From Callorhinchus milii (lineage: Eukaryota), in assembly GCF_018977255.1 (NCBI RefSeq), contig NW_024704742.1, forward strand, positions 117,244,001 to 117,308,000: a DNA stretch of 64,000 nt, in the 5' to 3' direction. Both the position numbers and the translations under genes were made by a program. This document shows positions 53,611-64,000 of this stretch, in pieces. The notes under the pieces are model-generated. The model was not told the DNA's origin. It did no database searches and saw nothing but the letters and a program-made list of their open reading frames with translations. Every line of letters starts with the position of its first letter. Position 1 is the first letter of the stretch.

Positions 53611-54569
53611 CCGGATCCTTGCTGCATTGTAAGCACTGATTAACCTATTTATGTATATTTGACTGATTTCATCCCAGGTTTCTTTACACTGACATCTTCT
53701 GGCCAGACTGAAATTCAGCATGTGACAATCAACAGCAACAGAAAAAAGTACCTTTTGAAATGAAAGAGAAGAAACCAAAACAATGCTTCATAAGGAAGGA
53801 TTGGGCCACACAGTTGCTAAAATTAGTTTTGTTTGTTGCCATTTTCAGGTGTTGCCTATGAAATTTTCGCTGGTTTGTAGCTGAGCTCTGTGTTCCCGAG
53901 CAGACAAAGCATTCAGCATTACTCTTGAGCTTGATCAAATTGACATCTCAAAGCATTTCATAGACTACTGTAAAGTGAAGTGACTGTTATTGTAAGTAAA
54001 CACGCCCTGCAGGCAGAGCCCCACAAATAGCCATGAAGTGAATGATCAATTTATCTGAAAGATAGTAGACCAGGATAGTGGGATGAGGGAGAGAGAGGAA
54101 AAGTTAGGTTTTTGAATTGCGAAACAAGATTGTTTAACATGACCGGAAAACAGGCCAACAGACCTTAGTTATAACATCTCATGTGAACTACAGTGCCTCC
54201 AGCAATGCAGCAACCTTCCCACTTCCGGAGAAGGAGAAAACAAATTATCAGCTTCCGATCACTCTCCAATGGCTCCGCTGGATTGGGTGAACCTGTGAAC
54301 ATCAGGAGAGAACACAATAGGATTTGTTTGCTGCGTCCCCCATAATCAGTGTAGGGATGGCCAATCTGCGGCCTATGGATCGCCTGTATAACCATTTTAC
54401 GCATCCATAATATAGCCCGCATGGGCCCCGTGGGCCACAAGTTGCCCTGATCAATAGCTTGCCAGCACATTGTGCTATTTGCTCACATAGGAAGGAATTG
54501 AGATTTGAATAGAATATCCAGGACCTGGAGAACTACTCTTACGCCTAGTACACCCTATTTATACCCACT

Positions 54570-55478
54570 CCTCTATCCACTCCCTTCACTCATCTGGCTC
54601 CTGCTTCATGCATGTCTCTCGCCCCCTCCGCTCCACTATCGGCAGTCAGGCTGCTGAAACCCTCACCAACACATTCGTCACATCAAGGCTCGGTTACGGT
54701 AACTCCCTCCTCATCGGCCTTCCCAACGCTTTCCTTCACAAGCTGCAGATCATCCAAAGCTCGTGTACTCTCGCGCACCAGGCTCCGTGACCCCATCACC
54801 CCCACCCTCGCCCGACCCCACTGGCTCTCCATCCCCCAGAAGATCGAGTTCAAGATACTCGTGCTCACATTTAAGGTCATCCATGGCCTTGCCCCCGCCT
54901 TCCTCTCTGAGCTTCTGACTCCCTACCAACCTGCCCATTCCCTCCGTTCAGCGGGCTCTGGCCTGCTCCATGGCTCCCGGCCGACCTGCCCTACCATCGG
55001 TGGCCGGGCTTTCAGTCTCTCTGCCCCCACACTCTGGAACTCCATCCCACGGTCTCTTCACCTCGCTTCCTCCCTTGCCTCCTTCAAGGCCGGTCTCAAG
55101 ACCCTTCTCTTCGACCGTGCCTTTGGTCTCCCTCTCACCTCTCTGCCTTCCCTCACCCCTACACCACCACCCTCCCCCATGCTTGGGGCCCGATACCTGA
55201 CTGTTTAGCGCCTTGGGACGTCCTCCTAACGTGAAAGGCGCTCTATAAATGTAATTTTGTTGTCGTTATTGTTGTGCCTTCAGCCACTATGCTATGAAAC
55301 TTTGGAACTCTTGTCTCAATCCCTCCACGTCCTTATATGTTTTAGATCAAAACTGAAGACCTTCCGCTTCAAGTGTGCCTACAGTCACCTCCCCCCTTCT
55401 TCCCAGTTCAGTGTCAGCCTACACCACTGTTAAACACTCCGGGATCCTAGCCCACGTGAAATAAATACAAGTTGTGCT
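54570..55478 (+). mobile_element. L2 subfamily A fragment (54646-55273) nested in an older subfamily B 3' fragment
   Basis: Host ctccactatcggcagtc|gtgccttcagccactatgc (STIGSRAFSHYA) is split by the insert, which ends in a TTG-rich tail. Confidence 0.9.
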
Positions 55479-56701
55479 TGTAATATGAGTTGGAGTTTCA
55501 CAAAAAAAGAAAAGAATTGGGGAGAGCAGACAGGCACCATCTCTCCTCAAAAGAGCCAGCGCAGACTTTGCAGTAAATTTCTATTATTCTAAGTAATAGT
55601 TCCTCTTTCCACCATAGAACCAGAGTAAAACATTGTTGGACCACTTGCTCCTGATTTGTGTCCTCTGTTTAAACCTGTTTATATAAATAGGTTTTCAAAT
55701 TAATTTGTTGGTTTTGGACCACTTCACTTGACCTCGGCCACGTCTCTGTCTACAACCGCTCACTAAGTATGGCTGAAGTATTGATGTAAAACATTGGATG
55801 AACTTGAAAGCTCGGCCTTTTATAGAGAACAAACTACATAAGTCTCTGAATGTTGTGAAGAGCACCTGCCTAGTATATGACTGAGTCTGGTTGAAAGCCT
55901 GGCTCAGCCTATCACTTGGTTTATTGAAAACAAACATTTCCTAACACAATTACTTTGGTTATTTATGTTTGGAATTTGCAATGTTGGTCTTTCTGCTTCC
56001 CAGTTCTGGCACTTTACAACTTTTGAGTAACTGGAATTATACAAGGTCTTATTATAGAAATGTTTGTTAACATTAGTGTAGAAATCAGAAATATTGTAAA
56101 TTGATATAATTGTTGTAAGTTTCCTTACTTTACTATGAAAGGGTAGTTTATTTTTGGTTTACTGTTGATATGTCAACCTTACTATAGCTTGTGCAAAATG
56201 TAACACTATTTTGAAAGGGTGTTTCGGCAGCCTGTACTGAGGCCCTACCAAGTACTGTGAGAGATGGTTGATCTATTCTCCAATTTGCTTCATTCATTCT
56301 GATTTCCTGAGGAAATCTGAACAAGATCAGTTGGGAATGTGGGTTTGGTATGCAACTGCTTGTTGTATCCAAAGATTTCAGAAAGTCCTCCCTCTCTGTT
56401 GGAGGAACTGAAAACTCCCTCTCCAGGATTATTTACGAGATACCAAAGTCATCTGAATTAAGCTAGTTTCACCTGAATAAGTCATTTTCAGAGCTAAGCA
56501 GGAATCCAATATAACTGTCCCCATGGCTTTTCTGTCTGGTTTGGACACCACCTCTTCGGGGGGTGGGGGTGGAGAGTGGGGTATTTCAAACCTATTTTAA
56601 CTATGTTCCTTAGATAAGGAATGGCACATGTTTAGGAATATTGCAATTTTCTCTATATGCCTGCTCTTTGCATTGCTGAAGTTTCAGTGTTCTGATTCTC
56701 A

Positions 56702-57007
56702 TATAATAATAATCCTTGCATTTGATACAGCGCTTTTTCACATCTTCTAGACATCTCAAAGTGCTTCACAGAATAGACTGTAAAGTGAATTGACTGTATA
56801 TTTGAGGGGGAAATGCAGCAGCCAATTGTCCCACAAACAGTCGTGGATTGGAATTGAAGTCACCCATTTTATTATTGTTTTTTTGAAGGATTATTATCAG
56901 GTGTGTGGAGTAAGGAAACTTGTCCAAGGTTTCGCTCTGCCGGGAATCGAACCCAGGTCTCTCGCTTGAGAGGCGAGTTCTCTAACCACTGAGCTACAGG
57001 ACTCCAA
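56702..57007 (-). mobile_element. Full-length tRNA-SINE (short form, old-type loop)
   Basis: Head ending ctgagctacaggactcca with B box ggttcgattcc; (TTA)n tail. Confidence 0.92.
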
Positions 57008-57347
57008 ACTTGGTTGCTGTTGAGAGCTGTTTTTGTGCTTTATCCCCATTTATTTTAATGTTGCATCTGGCTGGATTTGAATCTCTGTTGCTAATTCAAT
57101 TAGAACTGTAAACCTCTGGCAGTAAGAAGGTGCTAAGTACTACCATCACCTGGAAGTCCCCATATGTTCTTTGTTTCTCTGCCTAGCACAACTCAGATTT
57201 AACACAAACAGTGAATGATTGTCTTTCTGGCTCTCCCTCACCATGTTGCTATGTATCAGTGCTCAGCTCTTGGTACTGCTGGACTATTTGGTTGGCTACC
57301 ATTGTAATGATAAGGGGGAGCATGTGTTTTTGATAATATTGGAGAAG

Positions 57348-57681
57348 ACAATAATAAAATCCTTGCATTTGATATAGTGCCTTATTACGTCTTCAAGATG
57401 TCACAAAGAGTTTCACAGAATATACTGTATAGTGAATTGACTATGTATGTATATGCCACAAACAGTCACAAATAGTCGTGGATTGAATGACCAAATTATT
57501 ATTGTTTTTTTCTTGAGGGAAAGTGATCCGCCAGTCGACTAACAACTAGGTTCCTACTTACTGCCAGGTAAACAGGCATGTGGAGCAAGGAAACTTGTCC
57601 AACATTTCGCCCTGCCGGGAATCGAACCCAGCTTTCTCGCTTGCGAGATGAGTGCTTTAACCACAGACTCCAGGACTCCAC
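57348..57681 (-). mobile_element. Full-length tRNA-SINE (long form)
   Basis: Head, long internal segment and tail present. Confidence 0.88.
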
Positions 57682-57860
57682 AAGATGAGGGATGACAGGA
57701 TGGAAAGGATTTTATACAAGATATATAGTTTTATTAATCATAATTATATGTAACTTTGGGATGAATCTTTGACCAGACTTGCCACTTTGAATGCTGCAGT
57801 AGGTTTCATTAAATCTAATATGAATCTTTGCATTTGGTATAGCGCCTATAATGGTAAATA

Positions 57861-58320
57861 CAGTAAAACTCGCATAAGTCTTATCTTTATAAATCGTATA
57901 ATCGCCTAAGCCGTACGTGAACCCGTGTCCCCTTCAGTTTCCTTAGATTTCTTTGCACTAGTCGTATTAATCATCTCCTAACTCAGAACACCACTCCCCT
58001 ACCCTCCATTACTCCCTCCATTACTGCTGGTTCCATTGAATCTCAGGAAATGACATCCTGACCCATTGATATATGTGTACTTACTGGTCGGCTGCATTGA
58101 GTCGCGGGAAATGTAGTCTTCAACCGTCAACGCATACACATTGGCTGTAGTGACAAACGACCGCATGCAGACTAACCGTCTGCATTGAATTACACGTGCT
58201 GAGTGTGGATTATTGATTAAACCAGATTTTAGAACGATTTATACAAGTTTGTCTGCAACTCGAACTTCGTGTATATCATATTAAATAGTCCGACTGATAT
58301 GACTTATGTGAGCTTTACTG
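57861..58320. mobile_element. Non-autonomous Tc1/mariner-superfamily (pogo/Tigger-like) MITE
   Basis: TIRs CAGTAAAACTCGCATAAGTCTTATC and reverse complement CAGTAAAGCTCACATAAGTCATATC (22/25 match), flanked by TA on both sides; 460 bp, no transposase ORF. Confidence 0.85.
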
Positions 58321-58421
58321 TATCCCTAAGTGCTGCACAGGAAATTGCTGCTAAGACTGTATTTATAGACAACATATAAATGAGGTGCACTAAGGGTAAT
58401 TTTTTAATTTTATTCTTCCAG

Positions 58422-58578
58422 GTGGATAGAAGCTTGCTTGAATGAAGAATTGCCCCCTACCACAGAACTCGAAGAAGCATTACGAAATGGAGTCTATCTT
58501 GTCAAACTCGCAAGCTTCTTTGCTCCTAAACTGGTGTCTCAGAAAAAGATCTACGACCTTGCTCAAACCAGATACCAG
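58422..58578 (+). CDS. IQGAP2: Internal coding exon of an IQGAP family gene (CH domain; equivalent to exon 3), most similar to IQGAP2
   Basis: Acceptor ttttattcttccag|G and donor CAG|GTAACA bound 157 bp encoding (R)WIEACLNEELPPTTELEEALRNGVYLVKLASFFAPKLVSQKKIYDLAQTRYQ, matching IQGAP CH-domain sequence as I recall it. EELPPTTE and FFAPK favour IQGAP2 over IQGAP1/3. Family call is secure, paralogue less so. Confidence 0.88.
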
Positions 58579-58744
58579 GTAACAGAGTGTTCAGAACTAT
58601 TGACCTCTACACACTGTAGTTACCCAGCATGTCAAATCCAAACTAATTTACATTTGTAATTTGGGTTATAATTGTTTGACCATACATTTCCTCTCGTGAA
58701 GGTAGGAATTTGTGCAGTTTCATACAAATGCAAAGAAATACAAA

Positions 58745-59120
58745 ATTACATTTCCTTAGCGTCTTTCACTTCAGGAGTATGTCCCAAGGTGGGGTGGTCG
58801 AGGCGGGGGACGTGAAGCAGGCCGAAGCCCACTGAGCAGAGGGAGCGGACAGTTTGATAGGGAATTGGGTGGTCACAGAGGTAGGGAGGAGGGAGGCCGC
58901 GGAAGGAGCCAGTGGAGCCAGGCAAGGATGGGGGTGATAGGGTCGCGGAGCCTGGTGCACGATAGAATATGGCCTGCAGAGATCTTGATGATGTGCAGCC
59001 TGTGGAGGGAGGAGTTGGGGAGGTCGATAAGCAGGGCATTTGTGTAATCGAGCCTGGATGTAATGAATGCGTGGATGAGGGTCTTGGTGGCCTGGGGTGA
59101 GAGACAGTGGCAGAGCCGGG
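58745..59120 (-). mobile_element. Older L2, 3' portion (split by the young L2)
   Basis: Degenerate L2 3' region and tail; joins seamlessly to 61480 as gagccgggcaa|tgttgcgg. Confidence 0.87.
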
Positions 59121-61479
59121 CAACAACAACAACAACAAGATTCCATTTATAGAGCGCCTTTCACGTCAGGAGGACGTCCCAAGGCGCTGCACAGTTGGGT
59201 CATGACCCGAGCAGGGGGGAAATGGTCAGGGTGAGGGGAGGGAAGGGAGGGAGAGAGGAGGGGGAAATGGTCAGGGTGAGGGGAGGGAAGGGAGGGAGCG
59301 AGGAGGAGGAAGAGAGTCGAGAGGGGAGCTGAAGGCACGGTCAAAGAGAAAGGTTTTGAGACCGGCCTTGAAGGAGGAAAGGGAGGAAGCAAGGCGAAGG
59401 CACTGGGGGATGGAGTTCCAGAGCCTGGGGCTGAGAGGCTGAAGGCCCGACCACCGATAGTAGGGCGGTTGGGGCGGGGGACGTGGAGCAGACCGGAGCC
59501 AGAGGAACGGAGGGTACGGGCAGGTAGGTAGGGGGATAGTAGGTTGGAGAGGTAGGAGGGAGCAAGGCCGTGAATGGCCTTGTAGGTGAGGATGAGGATC
59601 TTGAAATCAATCCTCTGGGGGATGGGGAGCCAGTGGAGGCGAGCGAGGGTGGGAGTGATGTGGTCGCGAAGCCTGGTGCGGGACAGTACACGAGCTGCAG
59701 AGTTCTGAATGACCTGCAGCTTGTGGAGGGAGGTGGCGGGAAGGCCGGCGAGGAGAGAGTTCCCATAGTCCAGCCTTGAGGTGACAAAGGCGTGAACCAG
59801 GGTTTCAGCAGCGTGAGGGGTGAGGTAGTGCCGTAATCTGGCGATATTCCGGAGGTGATGGAAGGCGGTGCCAGTTGTGGTGCGGATGTGAGGGAGAAAG
59901 GACAGCTCAGGGTCGAACAAAACGCCGAGGTTCCTGACTGGCTTTGAGAGGTGGAGAGTGCAGCCTTGGATGCTGATGGTGTCAGCGCCTGAGGTGCGGA
60001 GGCGCTGACGTGAGCCAATCAGGAGGGCCTCGGTTTTTCGCACGTTGAGCTGAAGAAAGTTGTCTCTCGTCCAGGACTCGATGTCGGACAGGCAGGCTGT
60101 CAGGACATCGGTGGTCGTGGAGTTGAGAGTAGAGGAGGAAAGGTAGAGTTGGGTGTCATCCGCATACATGTGGAAGTTAACCCCATGTTTGCGGATGATG
60201 TCACCAAGGGGGAGCATATAGAGGGTGAAGAGGAGGGGACCGAGGACAGAGCCCTGAGGGACACCACATGAGACAGTACGGGGGGTGGAGGAGAAGCCAT
60301 TCGTTGAGACGAAGTGAAGACGGTGGGAAAGGTAAGAGCTAAACCATTCAAGGACAGTGCCTTGAAGGTTGAGGTGGGAGGACAAGCGGTGGAGTAGGAT
60401 AGCGTGGTCGACCGTATCGAATGCTGCCGATAGGTCGAGGAGGACGAGGAGACAGAGGGAGCCCTGGTCACAGATGGTCAGGATATCATTGGTGACCTTG
60501 ACCAGGGCAGTTTCTGTGCTATGAGCAGCACGGAAACCTGACTGAAGGGGTTCAAAAAGAGAATGGGTGGAAAGGAAAGAGCGCAGTTGGGAGGCGACAA
60601 CTCTTTCCAAGACCTTGGAGAGAAAGGGGAGGTTGGAGATGGGCCGGTAGCTTGATAGCTGCGACGCATCAAGGGAGGGTTTTTTCAGGGTGGGCGTGAT
60701 GATGGCAGTTTTTAATGGAATGGGGACAGAGCCAGAGGAGAGGGACAGGTTTATGATGTCAGTGATGTGTGGGGCAAGAAAATGGAGCTGGGAGATAAGG
60801 AGTGGAGTGGGGATGGGGTCAAGGGAGCAGGTGGTTGGTTTTAGGGATAGGATGAGTTCAGTGACAGAGGGTGGGGAAACGGGTACGAAGGTGTGTAGGG
60901 GAGGATGGGTAGGAGTCGGAGTGTGGGAGGGAAGGGGTGGGTGGTGGGTGGAAGTTGGAGGGGAAGTGACCGCGGAGCGGATTCCCTTGATCTTGGATTC
61001 AAGGAAATCCAGCATCTCCTCGCAGTGAAGGTTGGAGGAGATGACCTGCGCGGGGTGGCGGGGTGGACGGAGGAGTCGGGATGTGGTGGAAAACAGTAGC
61101 CTGGGGTTGTTCTTCGCCTCCAGGATTATCCTGGAGTAGAAGGACGACTTGGCCGAGGCTAGAGTGGAGCGGTAAATTTTGAGGAGGTCCAGCCAGATTT
61201 GTCGGTGGACCGTTAGGCCAGATTTGACAAAGGTGCGCTCAGCAGCCCGCACCTGGCATTTCAGTGAGCAGAGGTGGGTGGTGTACCAGGGGGAGGAGCG
61301 GGAGTAGGAGACAGTGCGGGAAGTGATGGGGGCAAGAGTATCGAGTGTGGAGGAGAGGATATTGTGGAGGAGGGAGAGAGGAGAAGAGGGGTCGGTGAGG
61401 GTTGAAGGCCAGAGGGAGAGGAGTTCAGAGGACTCCAAGGCATCGGTTAGGGATTGTGGGGGTAACTTCTTCCAAGTTA
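59121..61479 (-). mobile_element. Young 5'-truncated L2 (subfamily A), 2.36 kb, complete RT domain, no endonuclease
   Basis: Open frame with [40 protein letters not shown]; (TTG)n tail at 59121. Confidence 0.97.
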
Positions 61480-62225
61480 CAATGTTGCGGAGATGGAGAA
61501 AGGCAGAGCAAGTCATGGCAGGGACTTGGGAGATGAAGGACAGTTGAGGGTCAAACAGGATGTGGAAGTTCCGTATTGGCTCGATGAGATGTAGAGTGCA
61601 TCTATGAAAGGTGATGCTGTCAGCACCCAAGGTTCGGAGGCGCTGATGGGAGCCAAGCAGAAGGGTCTCGGTCTTGTTGACATTTAGCTAGAAGAAGTTT
61701 GCTCTCATCCAGGACTTGATGTCCGACAGGCAGTCTCTGAGGACAGCAGTGGTCCTGGAATCAAGGGTGTAGACAGAGAGGTAGAGTTGGGTGTCAGCCA
61801 CATACATATGGAAGCTGATCCCATGCCTACGGATGATGTCACCAAGAGAGAGCATGTAAATGTTCAAAAAGTAGGGGACCAAGGACAGAGCCCTGAGGAA
61901 CCCATATATAACAGTGAGGGGGCTGTAGGAGAAGCCATTAGTGGAGACAAAGTGGAGACGGTGGGAGAGGTAGGATTTGAACCACGCAAGGGCAGGTCTG
62001 TGAACATTGAGCTGAGAGGCAATGGAGGTGGATAGAATGGTTCACAGTATCGAAGGCAGCAGAAAAGTTGGGGAGGACAAGGAGGCAGAGAGCCCTGGTC
62101 GCAGATGGACAGACTGTCATTAGTGACTTTGACCAGGGCTGTTTCTGTACTGTGGCAGCATGGAAACTCAATTGGAGGGATTCATAGAGGGAATGGGGGG
62201 AGAGGAAAGAGCGAAGCTGGATGGC
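61480..62225 (-). mobile_element. Older L2, 5' portion (frameshifted RT)
   Basis: QLRSFLS, FSAAFDTVNH, FHMYVADTQLY, FDPQLSF. Confidence 0.9.
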
Positions 62226-62534
62226 TGGAGTCTTGTGATGCCTCATCTTCTGGAGTGCCCGATCTTTCCCACGGACACTAAGTCTGTGTTAGAAAACCTA
62301 AGGCATTGGGCAACCCCAGGTTCACATTTACAGTTTGCTGAATGTAACTAACTAGTACTCACTTTCCAGTACTCACTAATAAACAGTAAAGATTACCGTT
62401 AGAGCATTGCTTTGCAGGATCATCAGGAGCAAAGTGAGAAGAAATCTGACCTTACCCTCTACCCACTACATCCCCCTATCATGTGCCTATTACCTTTCCT
62501 AACTTTGATTAGGTTGGTCCTGCCTAGCTTGGTA

Positions 62535-63704
62535 TTGGATGTTGCCAATCAACTTCGCGCACACCTCTCCTCCGACTCCCTCTTTGAACCCATCCAATCC
62601 GGTTTCTGCCCTGCTCACAATACAGAGATTGCGCTTGTGAAAGTCAAAAACGACATCCTCTCTATTTGTGACCAGGGGTCCTTCTGCTTCCTTGTCCTCC
62701 TGAACCTCTCTGCCACATTCGACACAGTCGATCACGCCATCTTCCTTCACCGCCTTTCCTCCGTCATCCACCTCAGTGGGACCGCACTCGCCTGGTTCGA
62801 GTCCTACCTCACAGACCGCCAGCAGTACATCTGCACAAACGGCTTCTCCTCCCGCTCACACCCGGTTACCTGCGGGGTCCCCCAAGCATAAAATCCTTGG
62901 CCCCTTCCTCTTTCTGATCTACATGCTCCCCCTTGGAGATGTCATCCGCAGACATGGAGTACATTTCCACACGTATGCGGACAACACCCAACTCTATTTT
63001 TCCACCTCTCTTTGTGACCCCCAATCCCCTGATGTTCTGTCAGCCTGCCTGTCAGACCTCAATGGTTGGATGAGTGCAAATTTCCTTCAGCTGAACGTTG
63101 ATAAGACAGAAGCAATACTCTTTGGCTCTCGTCAACGTCTAAAATCTCACAGTTCTCACCTCCTCCACCTACCCGACCTCCCCCTAAATCTCTCGGAACC
63201 CGTATGCAACCTAGGCATCAGATTCGACCCCCAATTATCCTTCCTCACCTACATCCGGTCCCTCCCCAGGACTGCTTTCCTCCACCTCCGACGTATCGCC
63301 CGTCTCCACCATTACCTCTCTCCGAAAGCTGCTGAAACCCTGGTCCATGCCTTTGTCACCTCTCAGCTGGACTATTCTAACACCCTCCTTGCCGGTCTCC
63401 CTGCCACTACCATCCATAAAATCCAGGTTATTCAAAACTCTGCCACCTGCATTCTCACCCGCACCAAACTCCGCTCCCCGATCACCCCAGTCCTCGACAG
63501 ACTGCACTAGCTGCCTGTCCCAGAGAGGATCAATTTCAAGATCCTCACCCATCTCTTCAAATCCCTCCACTCCTTCGCAACCCCCTACCTTTCTGACCTC
63601 TCTCCTCAAAACAGTGCCCATTACCTTCGTTCCTCCGGGTCTGGCCTCCTCCTTGTCCCCCGAGTCCTCCGCTCCACCCTCGGCGGCCGTGCCTTCAGCC
63701 ACTA
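62535..63704 (+). mobile_element. L2 subfamily B RT region with frameshift and stop, interrupted by a SINE
   Basis: IQSGF, LSATFDTVDH, GVPQ, YADNTQLY, TSQLDYSN, RLH-stop. Confidence 0.93.
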
Positions 63705-64000
63705 TAATAATCATAATAATAATAATCCTTGCATTTGATATAGCGCTTTTCACGTCGGGAGGACGTCCCAAAGTGCTTCACAGAATATACTGTAAAGTGA
63801 ATTGACTGTACATTTGTGGGCGAACGCGGCAGCCAATTGCGCATAGCAATGTCCCACAAGCAGTCGTAGATTGAAAATGACCAATTTATTATTGTTTGGT
63901 TTTGGAGGGATTATTATTAGGTGTGTGGAGTAAGGAAACTTGCCCAAGGTTTCGCCCTGCCTGGGAATTGAACCCAGGTCTCTCACTTACAAAGCGAGTG
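63705..64000 (-). mobile_element. Young tRNA-SINE (short form), head runs off the window
   Basis: (AAT)n tail, L2A-type loop, B-box region at the window end. Confidence 0.92.

Noticed and set aside
58438..58659. 73-aa ORF as a complete gene
   Set aside because: It is the IQGAP exon read from a TTG and running on into the intron after the donor at 58578.
59147..61630. 827-aa ORF as a host gene or autonomous retroelement
   Set aside because: Chimera of two truncated L2 copies, no endonuclease, non-ATG start.
1..64000. Antisense orientation bias of LINEs in the intron
   Set aside because: Plus and minus L2 fragments are about equal in number; only the longest are antisense and the sample is small.
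1..64000. IQGAP exons 2 and 4, CRISPR arrays, prokaryotic RT systems
   Set aside because: No EMDERRRQN or GLHFRHTDN coding found by eye; no regular repeat-spacer array; RTs are eukaryotic L2 type.

Overview
Vertebrate genomic DNA, repeat-rich and almost entirely intronic. The repeat repertoire (L2-clade LINEs with (TTG)n tails, Deu-domain tRNA-SINEs with (TTA)n tails, CR1 remnants) suggests a cartilaginous fish, possibly a chimaera; this is inference. One host coding exon is recognisable: a 157-bp + strand IQGAP calponin-homology-domain exon at 58422-58578, most like IQGAP2 exon 3. The rest is probably flanking intron. All long ORFs are L2 ORF2 (RT) fragments or their shadow frames. Notable points: two near-identical young L2 copies sharing a frameshift; several nested insertions, one producing an in-frame chimeric 827-aa ORF; a covarying 3' stem-loop shared by L2 and SINE families, with signs that young SINEs took on the young L2 loop; an 86-bp locally templated insertion; a TA-flanked Tc1/mariner-type MITE next to the exon; and a candidate antisense TATA/Inr promoter with a first exon that could mark a nested transcription unit (unproven). 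Repeat boundaries were read by eye and are approximate unless a junction is quoted. Subfamily labels A/B are my own.
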